Below the pieces are notes generated by a model, which was not told the origin of the DNA, did no database searches, and was given only the letters and a program-made list of their open reading frames with translations. DNA of 64,000 nt from the IMG/VR virus record IMGVR_UViG_3300035673_000002, positions 1 through 64,000 of that record; one strand, given 5' to 3'. Position 1 is the first letter of the stretch; each line of letters opens with the position of its first letter. The position numbers were made by a program, and so were the translations under genes. Below, piece by piece: positions 35,690 to 43,931 of this stretch. Source of the stretch: a virus (taxonomy: Duplodnaviria > Caudoviricetes).

Positions 35690-35705
35690 TGTTTCATGTG
35701 AAACG
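35690..35705. promoter_or_regulatory. parS: parS-like centromere site TGTTTCATGTGAAACG
   Basis: 14 of 16 positions match the chromosomal parS consensus TGTTTCACGTGAAACA, with intact GTTTCA/TGAAAC arms; intergenic. Confidence 0.75.
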
Positions 35706-35813
35706 GCGCCACTTGGCCGACAGATGGCGGGCAAATGGCGCTATCTGGCGGGCGGCTTTGGGTCGTGTTGGGTTTAAGTGTTGCGCCTGGGAGACGGCGC
35801 TTTTGCCTTTGCG

Positions 35814-35926
35814 AACAAATCGGTACGCGCATGAAAATCGTATTTGAATAACTCTGCTGGGTATGGCTACGTGGTCGTTGCCGGCGCCGCTCGGTGCTGG
35901 TCGACAAACCGATGGAGGTTCCGATG
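35814..35926 (+). repeat. Early promoter-leader cassette, copy 1
   Basis: AACAAAtCGGTaCGCGCATGAaAAT...TATGGCTACGTG, hairpin, CGACAAACCGAT, GGAGG, ATG; also TTGAAT-N16-GCTACG. Confidence 0.75.
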
Positions 35927-36184
35927 CCTGCTTTCACCCGCTCCCAGGTCGACGCGATCGCGATCGGCTCTCTCGTCGCCCGTAGCATCGACGGCGTGCG
36001 GTTCTCGCCGGCGGAGCCGGTCACCCGCATCTTCGGCAAGGGCGACAACGTCTCGGGCGAGCTCTACGTGTGCTTCTACGCTCGCTTCGGTGCGAACGCC
36101 GAGATGTCGGGCTCGATCTCCGAGGGCGATACGCTCGACGGCCGCCTCTACCGGATCGTCGAGGGCCCGGTCGCCCCGCTCTGA
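35924..36184 (+). CDS. Hypothetical early protein
   Basis: GGAGG RBS, ATG at 35924. Confidence 0.75.
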   Translation: MPAFTRSQVDAIAIGSLVARSIDGVRFSPAEPVTRIFGKGDNVSGELYVCFYARFGANAEMSGSISEGDTLDGRLYRIVEGPVAPL

Positions 36185-36227
36185 TTTCCGTGCGCGTACC
36201 TTCCTGACAAACCAAGGAGTTTCCGAG

Positions 36228-36950
36228 ATGCTGTTCCCCAACAAATTCGCCGGTACCTGCCGCATCTGTGCAGAGCCGGTCGCTGCCCGTGCCGGGTTCG
36301 TCGAGAAGCGCGACGGTGCCTGGACGGTGCTCTGTGCCGACAGTGGTCGGTGCAAGCCGAAGCCTCCGACGTCGCCGGCGGCGCCTGCAGCTGCTCGTAC
36401 CGCGGTCGGTGATCTATCCGGCATCCTGGCGCTGTTCGGCAAGGCTCGCCAGCACCTGAAGTTCCCGGCGATCTCGCTGGTGGTGCGTATGGCCGATGAG
36501 GCTGAGCTTGCCATCCGTGTCAACGTCGCCGGCGCGCAGGCCCGGGTTCCGGGCTCGCTCACGGTGGTCGACTCCGAGCGCGACGAGGCGACGGGCCGGC
36601 GCGATTGGTTGGGCCGGATTCATCTCGACGGGACGTTCGAGGTGTCGCGCTCGGGGCGCGCGTACATGCCTGCGCTACTCGATCGGCTGCAGGCCTTCGC
36701 TGCCGATCCCGCCAAGATCGCGGGCGAGGATGGGCGCCTGCATGGCCGGTGCTGCTTCTGCCGCATCGCGCTCTCCGATGAGCGCTCGACGTTCGTCGGG
36801 TATGGCAGGATTTGCGCTTCGCGCTACGGGCTGCCGTGGGGCGAGGTCGAGGCGCCGGTCGAGCCGTCGGCTCCGGCGGTCAATCTGTTCAATGGCGCGA
36901 CCGATCCCGAGCGCGATGCGGTCGGGCAGATGATGGGGAGGAACCTGTGA
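36228..36950 (+). CDS. Zinc-ribbon protein (DUF6011-like C-terminus)
   Basis: AAGGAG RBS; CRIC...C and GRCCFCRIALSDERS..VGYG.ICA..YGLPW. Confidence 0.8.
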   Translation: MLFPNKFAGTCRICAEPVAARAGFVEKRDGAWTVLCADSGRCKPKPPTSPAAPAAARTAVGDLSGILALFGKARQHLKFPAISLVVRMADEAELAIRVNVAGAQARVPGSLTVVDSERDEATGRRDWLGRIHLDGTFEVSRSGRAYMPALLDRLQAFAADPAKIAGEDGRLHGRCCFCRIALSDERSTFVGYGRICASRYGLPWGEVEAPVEPSAPAVNLFNGATDPERDAVGQMMGRNL

Positions 36951-37150
36951 AGCCGGGCGCGCGGCTCTGGACCAAGGGATTGCCGGCTTTTGCCGGCTTT
37001 CCTGGCGTCGCTCCCGAGGAGGTCACGATCGTGCGGTGGCGCGACCGCGTGCATGGGCCTCAGGACCAATGGCTCGGCTGGCACATCGTGGAGTTCGCCG
37101 ATGGCGGGCGCCTGTGCATGCACGAGGGCAACCTCGAGGTGCCGTTGTGA
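36947..37150 (+). CDS. Small hypothetical protein
   Basis: GTGA coupling on both sides. Confidence 0.6.
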   Translation: MKPGARLWTKGLPAFAGFPGVAPEEVTIVRWRDRVHGPQDQWLGWHIVEFADGGRLCMHEGNLEVPL

Positions 37151-37452
37151 GCGCGCAGCTGCAGCTTGGCCTCCAGGGCGGCGCCGATCGCGCCGTCTCT
37201 TGGCGGCGCGTCCCTGGCATCACGCGGGCCCACCACGAGATGCTGGTCGGCGGCGCTCCCACGGGCGTGTGGGTCCGGTGCTGCGGCCATCCGACCGCGC
37301 TCCGGCCGTACTACCTCGCGGGCCCGGGCGGCATGCTGGTGGAGCGCAAGTTCGCGCTCCTGGCCGAGGCCAAGGCGGCGATCGTCGCCCTGGTCGAGGC
37401 GGCCGGCGGCTTCGAGGTGTGGCGCATCGGAGACAGCCTTTTCTCACGTTAA
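37147..37452 (+). CDS. Hypothetical protein
   Basis: VRCCGHPTALRPYY motif; GTGA coupling. Confidence 0.65.
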   Translation: MSAQLQLGLQGGADRAVSWRRVPGITRAHHEMLVGGAPTGVWVRCCGHPTALRPYYLAGPGGMLVERKFALLAEAKAAIVALVEAAGGFEVWRIGDSLFSR

Positions 37453-37559
37453 AACAAAGCGGTGCGCGCATGAGAATTCGCTACACAAACGAACGACGCT
37501 ATGGCTACGTGTGCGGGCCGGCAGATGCCGGTCCGACAAACCGATTGGAGCCTGCCATG
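37453..37559 (+). repeat. Early promoter-leader cassette, copy 2
   Basis: AACAAAgCGGTgCGCGCATGAgAAT...TATGGCTACGTG, hairpin, CGACAAACCGAT, GGAG, ATG. Confidence 0.75.
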
Positions 37560-37754
37560 TCCAAGTTCATCGTCACCGTCGTCCACAATGGCCTGAAGGT
37601 GCCTCTGCGCGGCACCGTGTGGGCGTTCTCGATGGAGCGCGCGCAGAAATTCGAAACTCGCGAGTTGGCGCAGGCCGCGCTCGATCGCGCGCAGCGGTTC
37701 ATGAAGGCCTCCGTCTACAAAAAGGCGGTGATCGAAGAAGTCGCCGCCGACTGA
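37557..37754 (+). CDS. Small hypothetical early protein
   Basis: GGAG RBS; follows cassette 2. Confidence 0.75.
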   Translation: MSKFIVTVVHNGLKVPLRGTVWAFSMERAQKFETRELAQAALDRAQRFMKASVYKKAVIEEVAAD

Positions 37755-37846
37755 CGGCCGTCCCTGGCCTTCCGCGGCGTCCTGGTGGCGCCGCGGTGGG
37801 GCGGGATCGTCCCGTCTGACAAACCACAAACCGAAGGAATTTTGCC

Positions 37847-38944
37847 ATGTCTCTCATGAATAGCACCGCGGCCGCTCCGAAGCCGCATAGCTTCGAATAC
37901 AAGGGCCGTCCGATCACGTCTCGCCTGGGCGATGACGGCGTCGGCGTGGTCCGCGTCTACAATGCCTGCCGGTCCCGCGTCGTGCACAAGACGACGTCGC
38001 TCGATCTCGCCACGCGCTGGATCGACGGCTTGGCTGGCAGCGATGCCGGCGTGCCGGCTCCGGAGACCGAGGCGTCGGTCGCGGCCGAAGTGGACGCATG
38101 GGCGACGGCGGCGGGCGTGCCGGTGCCGGCTGAGCCGGCCTTGGATGCCGGCATGACGCCTCGCGAGGTCCGCGATTTCATCAAGGCCGGTGACCATGTT
38201 CGCGTGCTGGTCGACGGCTGCGGTGGCGTCGGCACCGACGATGGCGGCGAAGAGCAACGCGAATTCAAGGCGGGCGAGATCGTCCGGGTGGATCGTCTCG
38301 ATCAGTTCCGGCCTCCGCAGGGGTTGGCGGCCACGATCGTGTCGGCGAGTGGCGTCGTCAACGTGTTCGACGAGGCCGACTTCGATGGGATCTACCCGTT
38401 CGAGCTTCTGGGCGACGGCACGCCGCTCGCCGCGGGCACGCTGATCGATGGGATTGATTGCTCCGGCATGACGGATCTCGCCCCGGGCATCCCGGTCTAC
38501 CTGCAGCCCCACAATCGCCGCGCGCTCACTCCGGAGCAGGCTGGTCGTGTGGCTGCTCTGGCTGCGGCTCGTGCGGAAGAGGCCCGCATCAAGCGCGAGG
38601 GCGATAGCACCGTGGTGTCCGATCTGGTCGCCGCGGCGAAGGCGAAGCGCGGCGGTGGCAAGGGCGCGAAGCGCTCGGGCGGTGGCGCCGGTGCCGGCGG
38701 CTCGGGCTCGGGCGGTGGCTCAGCCAAGAAGCGCGGCGGTGGGGCGAAGAAGCCGGCCGACGGGAAGAGCAAGACGGCGATCGTCGCCGGTCTGCTCAAG
38801 CGCTCGGGCGGCTGCACCACGGCCGACATCCTCGAGGCGACGGGTTGGCCGTCGGTGTCGGTGCCGGCCATGGCGAAGGCGGCTGGGCTCCGGCTCCGGA
38901 AGGAGAAGGTCAAGGGCTCGCCCACTCAGTACTTCGGGTCCTGA
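37847..38944 (+). CDS. Multidomain protein with C-terminal DUF3489-like winged helix
   Basis: KSKTAIVAGLLKRSGGCTTADILEATGWPSVS; Gly-rich linker. Confidence 0.75.
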   Translation: MSLMNSTAAAPKPHSFEYKGRPITSRLGDDGVGVVRVYNACRSRVVHKTTSLDLATRWIDGLAGSDAGVPAPETEASVAAEVDAWATAAGVPVPAEPALDAGMTPREVRDFIKAGDHVRVLVDGCGGVGTDDGGEEQREFKAGEIVRVDRLDQFRPPQGLAATIVSASGVVNVFDEADFDGIYPFELLGDGTPLAAGTLIDGIDCSGMTDLAPGIPVYLQPHNRRALTPEQAGRVAALAAARAEEARIKREGDSTVVSDLVAAAKAKRGGGKGAKRSGGGAGAGGSGSGGGSAKKRGGGAKKPADGKSKTAIVAGLLKRSGGCTTADILEATGWPSVSVPAMAKAAGLRLRKEKVKGSPTQYFGS

Positions 38945-39006
38945 TCCTGGTGGCGATCGGGGGCGGCTTCGGCCGCCTCCGCTTCGTTCGTGGGGAGGCT
39001 GCAGCC

Positions 39007-39462
39007 ATGCGGGACCATCGACTTCGTACGCGCCGGCTCAAGCTCGGCGTTTCGCAGTTTCACCTGGGGTGTGTCGCCGGTTTTACTCCGCGCAGCGCTC
39101 AATCCATGGTCAGCCATGTCGAGCGCTCGAGCGCGTCCTCGAGCCCGGCGGCCGTTCAGAAGGTCCGCTCCGCCCTGGTATGGCTGGAGACCCAGCAGCG
39201 GCGCGAGCGGGAATGGGCGCGTGCGGATGCGGCCGCGGGCGCGCTGGTGGCGCGCGCGGTCGCCGAGGGGCCGGGCGCCGAGGGCTACGAGACGCTGGTG
39301 GTCGAGCGGCTCGTGTCGCTGCTGTGCGACAATCGCGGCGACGAGTTCGACGTCCTGGCTGCGCGCGTGCCGGCGCCGCTCTGTGAGCGCGCGGGCAATC
39401 TGTACCTGGATCTGTGCACTCCGGTGCCGCTGGTGCCGGGCAACATCGGAGAACGTTCATGA
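39007..39462 (+). CDS. XRE-family HTH protein
   Basis: LRTRRLKLGVSQFHLGCVAGF...SMVSHVERS. Confidence 0.7.
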   Translation: MRDHRLRTRRLKLGVSQFHLGCVAGFTPRSAQSMVSHVERSSASSSPAAVQKVRSALVWLETQQRREREWARADAAAGALVARAVAEGPGAEGYETLVVERLVSLLCDNRGDEFDVLAARVPAPLCERAGNLYLDLCTPVPLVPGNIGERS

Positions 39463-39629
39463 GCGATGACGCTTCGTCTGCCCAGGATACGCTGGTTCAT
39501 TACTTCCGCACCGTGTGGGAGCAGGCTGGCTTGCCGTGGATCGCCGACAACGAGACCGAGGTTCGCGGGATCGTGCGCCGCATCGTCGACGCCTCGGTGA
39601 AGGCCGCGCGGCACGACATCTGCCGATGA
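39459..39629 (+). CDS. Small hypothetical protein
   Basis: ATGA coupling; GGAG RBS. Confidence 0.6.
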   Translation: MSDDASSAQDTLVHYFRTVWEQAGLPWIADNETEVRGIVRRIVDASVKAARHDICR

Positions 39630-40051
39630 GAGACAATCAGCATCTTGAGGCCGGTGCTCGGCGCGCGCGGTACTACCCGGTGCGGCCGACATGGCTCTCG
39701 CATCAACAGAGCATCCGCCGGCGCGGTCCCTGGCATCGCTGCACCGATTGCGGTGGCGCGCGTCCGCTCGGGCCCATGCTGATCGAGGACCTGTGGGAGC
39801 GTCTCGGCGGCGATGATGACGTGCTCTGTCATCCCTGCCTGTGCCGGCGGCTCGGCCGGCCGGTTACCGTGCGGGATCTCCGCGAGTGCCTGTTCAACTT
39901 GCAGCACCTGCCCGAGCGTCTGCTCGAGCCGTACCTGCGCGAGGTCCTGCGCCGGATCCATGGGCGGATGAACGTGCAGATGGCGCTCGAGGCCCGGGTG
40001 GACGAGCAGCTCCTGCCGGCGGGCTGGCGGGGCGACGGCGAATTGCTCTAA
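39626..40051 (+). CDS. Zinc-finger hypothetical protein
   Basis: CTDC...M...LW......LCHPCL.RRLGR. Confidence 0.65.
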   Translation: MRDNQHLEAGARRARYYPVRPTWLSHQQSIRRRGPWHRCTDCGGARPLGPMLIEDLWERLGGDDDVLCHPCLCRRLGRPVTVRDLRECLFNLQHLPERLLEPYLREVLRRIHGRMNVQMALEARVDEQLLPAGWRGDGELL

Positions 40052-40072
40052 GCTCGGGGCGTGGATGGGGAG

Positions 40073-40105
40073 AGGGCTCGGCTTCGGCTGGGCCCTTTTC
40101 CTTTT
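40073..40105 (+). terminator. Rho-independent terminator
   Basis: AGGGCTCGGC-TTCG-GCTGGGCCCT followed by TTTCCTTTT, at the convergence of two operons. Confidence 0.85.
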
Positions 40106-40123
40106 GGGGCGGCCGCTGGTGCG

Positions 40124-41656
40124 TTAAACGAGGGCGTCCGCTGCCTCGGCCCGCCCTCTGGCGATCTCCGCATGGGTGTGGCGGCCGCCGGCCAGGACGG
40201 CGGCATTCCCGGAGAACGTTTGCCACCTCTGGATGGCCGCGTCGCAATAGGCCGGGTCGAGTTCCACGCCGAAAGCCCGGCGCCCGGTCATCTCGGCGCC
40301 GATGATCGTGGTTCCGGAGCCGGCGAAGCCGTCGATCACGATCTCGCCTGGTCGGCTCGAGTTCGCGATCGCGCGCCTGGCGAGCTCGACGGGCTTCTGC
40401 GTCGGATGCACGTAGTCCTGGTCGCGGGCGACTTCCCACACCGTGCTCGAGCCCTCGGCGCCGGCGAGGTAGACCGTCGGTCGCTTGCCGGTGAGCCGGA
40501 CCTGGCGCACGGTCTTGCCCTTGGGCGTCTTGCTGTGGACGTAGAGCGCGTTGCCCTCGCCGTCGAGCACGACGATGCCTGGCCCAATGACGGCCGCGGT
40601 GTCGTTGGCAGTTGCGAGCTCCACCCGCCAGACCGTCGACTCGTTGGGTTCGCCGTGAAACGCCGGTTTGTGCTCCGGCCTCGAGGCGTAAAAGCACGGC
40701 TCGTGCGCCCAGCGGTAGTCGGCGTGGCCTGGTACGATGCTGGGCTTGGCCCAGATCAGGTACTGACGCTCGACCAGGCCGGCGGCGGTCATCGCCTCGG
40801 AGAAGTCGTTGCGGGTGGCGCTGGCGTGCCAGATGTACCAGCCGGCATCGGGGACGGTCATGGCGGCCATGCGGGTGAAGCTCGCCACCAGCATCCGGAA
40901 GAGGTCATCGCGGCGCTTGTCGTCGCCCTCGATCGTCTCGCCGGCGGCGTTCTCGTAGCTCACGCCGTAGGGCGGATCGGTGAACACCATCGCCGCGCGC
41001 TCGCGCTGCATGAGCGCGTTCCAGGTGGCCTCGAGGGTGGCGTCGCCGCAGATCAGGCGGTGCTCGCCGAGGATCCAGACGTCGCCGCGCCGGGCGGTCG
41101 CCGCGCGCGGTGGCACCGGGACCTGGTTCGGATCGCCGGTCGCCGGCGTGGCGAGCAGCTGCGGCATGTTGGGGAAGCCGAGCAGCGGCATGTCGAAGCC
41201 GGCGAGGCTGAGCCGACGTGCCTCGGCCTTGAGCATCGGCATGTCCCATTGGGAGATGCGGCCGAGTTGGTTGTCTGCGAGGCGGTAGGCCGCCTTGTCG
41301 CTCTCCGGCCATCCGCGCGCGATCGCCACGGGTAACTCGGCAAAGGCGCGCTGGCCCTGGTCGACGAGCTTGAGCGCCGCGAGGCGCCGGCCGTGGCCGT
41401 AGATGAGCACGCCTTCCTCATCCACCAGCACCGGGGTGGTGACGCCGAAGCGCTCCATCGATGCCGCCAGCTGCTCGATCTGGTCGGGGTCGTGCTTCAT
41501 GGCGTTCTGTGGGTATGGCTTGATGCGATCGAGCGGCCAGCGCTCGACCTGGTCGGCGGGCCAGGGCCGCAGCGGCGGCCGGAGTTTCGCGTCTCCGGCC
41601 GCCGCATCAGGCATCAGGCGTCTCTGCATGGGAGGAATGGCGGCAATGTTAATCAC
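40124..41656 (-). CDS. ParB-N-domain / DNA amino-methyltransferase fusion
   Basis: YPQNA.KH...VLVD...LIYGHGR..AA (ParB/Srx), DPPYG, HPTQKPVEL, DGFAGSGTT. True start probably 41629 or 41614. Confidence 0.9.
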   Translation of the reverse strand: MINIAAIPPMQRRLMPDAAAGDAKLRPPLRPWPADQVERWPLDRIKPYPQNAMKHDPDQIEQLAASMERFGVTTPVLVDEEGVLIYGHGRRLAALKLVDQGQRAFAELPVAIARGWPESDKAAYRLADNQLGRISQWDMPMLKAEARRLSLAGFDMPLLGFPNMPQLLATPATGDPNQVPVPPRAATARRGDVWILGEHRLICGDATLEATWNALMQRERAAMVFTDPPYGVSYENAAGETIEGDDKRRDDLFRMLVASFTRMAAMTVPDAGWYIWHASATRNDFSEAMTAAGLVERQYLIWAKPSIVPGHADYRWAHEPCFYASRPEHKPAFHGEPNESTVWRVELATANDTAAVIGPGIVVLDGEGNALYVHSKTPKGKTVRQVRLTGKRPTVYLAGAEGSSTVWEVARDQDYVHPTQKPVELARRAIANSSRPGEIVIDGFAGSGTTIIGAEMTGRRAFGVELDPAYCDAAIQRWQTFSGNAAVLAGGRHTHAEIARGRAEAADALV

Positions 41657-41675
41657 GTTCGATGTCGGGCGTCAA
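41646..41675 (-). promoter_or_regulatory. Putative sigma70 promoter for the methyltransferase
   Basis: TTGACG-N18-TAACAT. Confidence 0.55.
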
Positions 41676-41679
41676 ACGC

Positions 41680-41833
41680 AGCTGCGCCCCGCTCGTGGGG
41701 AGCAGGGCGCAGCCTCTACGACAAACCGAAGAGCCCGGTTCGAACGGAAGGCCTCCGATGACAAGAGACCGCCACACTCGTTTGGACCAACATCGCCCCA
41801 GGAGGAGTTTCCGACGCTTCAACCGGGGCTGCA
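41680..41833 (-). ncRNA. Candidate antisense small RNA
   Basis: Intergenic; promoter upstream; several stems; contains the complements of both early-leader boxes (see findings). Confidence 0.45.
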
Positions 41834-41839
41834 GGGCGG

Positions 41840-41869
41840 TGCATACGCCAAGCCGAGGGCTGGTGTCAA
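41840..41869 (-). promoter_or_regulatory. Putative sigma70 promoter for the candidate sRNA
   Basis: TTGACA-N18-TATGCA. Confidence 0.55.
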
Positions 41870-41880
41870 ACATCGCGTGG

Positions 41881-42222
41881 TCATGCGCTCCGGCCATCGA
41901 GCCATCGATAATCGATTGCCCGTCCCGCGTCCCGCGCTGCCTCGATCCCTTGCTTCATGCCACGCGAGATTCCGCGGTCCTGGTAGACGACGGTCTTGGT
42001 GGCGTGGTTGCCCCAGGCGAGCCCGGCGAGAATACCGAGGTTGCGCTCCGAATCGATCGCGTCGTTGAGGATGCCGGGCTGGGTGTAGAGCAGATGCGAA
42101 GCGAACGGGTATTCCCAGCGGTCGAAGCAGTCGCGCATGCAGGCGCGGGCATATGCGACGTTTTCCGCCGTCTCCGCGTCCGTGGCGCCGCGGTACGGGC
42201 TCTCGAGTAGGACCAGGATCAC
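41881..42222 (-). CDS. Small Rossmann-like phage protein (nucleoside deoxyribosyltransferase-like fold suspected)
   Basis: VLLESPY.G.....N..YARACMRD.....E.PFASHLLYTQPGIL.D...ER..GI.AGLAW...GIS.GM; GTG start. Confidence 0.7.
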   Translation of the reverse strand: MILVLLESPYRGATDAETAENVAYARACMRDCFDRWEYPFASHLLYTQPGILNDAIDSERNLGILAGLAWGNHATKTVVYQDRGISRGMKQGIEAARDAGRAIDYRWLDGRSA

Positions 42223-42413
42223 AGCCGGTACTCCTTTTCGACAAACCCGAGGTTCGGGTCGCCCACGAGCGTCCACGGGATCTTGGTTTTGTGGCTGACG
42301 TAGTGGCGCCAATGCGATCGGCGGAAATGCAGGCGCTTGCGGGTGTGATGCTCGAATGCGCCGGCGGGCGTCGGGAGCCGATCGGCGCGCTCGTGGCGCC
42401 TGGCGAGGCTCAC
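42219..42413 (-). CDS. Short, possibly truncated hypothetical protein
   Basis: RLHFRRSHWRHY...WTLVGDPNLGFVEKEYRL. Confidence 0.5.
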   Translation of the reverse strand: MSLARRHERADRLPTPAGAFEHHTRKRLHFRRSHWRHYVSHKTKIPWTLVGDPNLGFVEKEYRL

Positions 42414-42470
42414 GATGTGGTGAGTCGCCCGGGTAGTGCATCTTTTCGGTGGGCTCCCATGGCTTGTCGG

Positions 42471-42710
42471 TCATGGCTTCCTCCGGATTTCGTTGATGCC
42501 CTCGGGCCCGTAGATCACGAACGTCGGCGACATCCGCACCGTCGTGAGGTCGGCCTCGAGGTGGACGTCCTTGGTGAAGCACCTGCCGCCGAGCAGGCGG
42601 TGCGCGCGCTCGTGCGCGTCGCGTGCGCTCGAGGCCGTGATGGTGGCCGTGCCGGTGATCCGGATTGGCACCGTGAACTCCTGCGGAGCGGCCTTGGATG
42701 CCCTGCGCAT
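42471..42710 (-). CDS. Small hypothetical protein
   Basis: GGGAGGAAG RBS; coupled to upstream gene. Confidence 0.55.
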   Translation of the reverse strand: MRRASKAAPQEFTVPIRITGTATITASSARDAHERAHRLLGGRCFTKDVHLEADLTTVRMSPTFVIYGPEGINEIRRKP

Positions 42711-42898
42711 CACGCTTCCTCCCGGTCTGCGCATTCGTCGCATTGGTAGCCGCGGCGGCGATCGGCCTCACTCAGCCGGTTGGGTTCGCCGCAGGTTGGG
42801 CACGGCTGGTTGCGCGGGTTGCGGCGGTTGGCGGCGACGAGCGCGGAATGCTTCATCGGCGAGAAGCCGGCCTTTTGGAAATGACGTCTGTGCCTCAT
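42710..42898 (-). CDS. Small zinc-finger protein
   Basis: PCPTCGEPNRL...GYQCDEC. Confidence 0.7.
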   Translation of the reverse strand: MRHRRHFQKAGFSPMKHSALVAANRRNPRNQPCPTCGEPNRLSEADRRRGYQCDECADREEA

Positions 42899-43218
42899 CG
42901 CACGCCTCCCGGGTTGAGATCTGTGATGTCATCGCAGAGGAGTACCTGGGCGATCGTTTCCTCGATCAACTTGTGCGATCGCGGGAAGGTTTGCCTCGCG
43001 GCGGTGGCCCGTTTGGGTTTCGTCTCTCGCACCGTGATTTCGAAGGTGCGCCTGATCTCGCCCTTGGGCGCCGTGATACGCACCTGCAGCGTGCCGGTGC
43101 GCGGTTGGCTCACGTCGATGCTACAGCCCTTGTCGACCAGCCCACGCAGGAGCGGGTTGCACGAGACTGCGATGCGCATTTCCTCGGTGAGCGCGGCCTT
43201 GATCTGGTGCGGGTTCAT
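42895..43218 (-). CDS. Hypothetical protein
   Basis: ATGA coupling; GGAGG RBS for the next gene at its end. Confidence 0.6.
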   Translation of the reverse strand: MNPHQIKAALTEEMRIAVSCNPLLRGLVDKGCSIDVSQPRTGTLQVRITAPKGEIRRTFEITVRETKPKRATAARQTFPRSHKLIEETIAQVLLCDDITDLNPGGVR

Positions 43219-43349
43219 TGTGCCGGCTCGCCGGCGGCGAGCATGACGAGCGGCCGGATGTACGGGGCCCAGGTCATGATCATGTAAGCGAAGCCCGAAG
43301 CGGCGGCGACGGCCGCGGCCTCGAGCGCTATGTCCTTGAATGTCGGCAT
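43215..43349 (-). CDS. 44-aa membrane peptide
   Basis: Not in ORF track; AGGAG RBS; MPTFKDIALEAAAVAAASGFAYMIMTWAPYIRPLVMLAAGEPAQ; stop overlaps the next ATG. Confidence 0.65.
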   Translation of the reverse strand: MPTFKDIALEAAAVAAASGFAYMIMTWAPYIRPLVMLAAGEPAQ

Positions 43350-43386
43350 CGGAAACTCCTGCTCGTTTGGGTTTGTCGCTGGTGGT

Positions 43387-43698
43387 TCAGTCTCGCCGCG
43401 TCAGCGCGCGCTTTTCCATGTGCTCTGACACGACGTCTTCCCAGGCCTGTCTCGGGCGTCGGGCTCGAGCGGCCGTGAGTGCTTCCTGGGCTTCGGCGCC
43501 GAGCGCGATGAGCGCCTCGGATGCGCGCCGCTCGGAGAGCAGAGCTCTCGCCTGGGCCCTCGACATTCTGGTCGACCGCCGCTGGCGGCGATCGTCGCCG
43601 AAATAATTGACCACGGCGGTTCTGCCGTTGCGCTCGATCGTGACGCGCTGGCGTGCCAGCTGGAGCGCGCTCCTGATGGTGATCCGGGCGAGGGACAT
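43387..43698 (-). CDS. Hypothetical basic protein
   Basis: TAATG coupling. Confidence 0.55.
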   Translation of the reverse strand: MSLARITIRSALQLARQRVTIERNGRTAVVNYFGDDRRQRRSTRMSRAQARALLSERRASEALIALGAEAQEALTAARARRPRQAWEDVVSEHMEKRALTRRD

Positions 43699-43931
43699 TA
43701 CGCGGCTTCCTTGCTTCGCCTGCGGTGCAGCTCGTCCTGGTTCGGGTAGATGAGATTGGCCAGGATGTTGCCGGCGATCACCACGACGAGCGTGCGCCAG
43801 GGCTCGAGCCCGAGCGCCATCGCCAGCATCATGAGCAGGCCGGCCCAAACGAACACCCGGACCGCGTGCTCGCGCAGGCCGACGATGAAGCCGTGCGCGA
43901 AGCGGGCCTTGAGGTAGATGGCGCGGATCAT
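43698..43931 (-). CDS. Small two-TM membrane protein
   Basis: VFVWAGLLMMLAMALGL / LVVVIAGNILANLIY; AGGAG RBS. Confidence 0.65.
   Translation of the reverse strand: MIRAIYLKARFAHGFIVGLREHAVRVFVWAGLLMMLAMALGLEPWRTLVVVIAGNILANLIYPNQDELHRRRSKEAA

Noticed and set aside
38640-38760. GGC/GGT-rich repeat
   Set aside because: Simply encodes a Gly/Ser/Lys linker in ORF 37847-38944.
41735-41750. GTTCGAAC T-loop-like sequence suggesting a tRNA
   Set aside because: No D-arm, anticodon arm or acceptor stem at tRNA spacing; kept only as part of the sRNA candidate.
41758-42210. Plus-strand ORF behind a leader-like sequence
   Set aside because: Runs antisense over a conserved minus-strand gene and lacks protein-like features.
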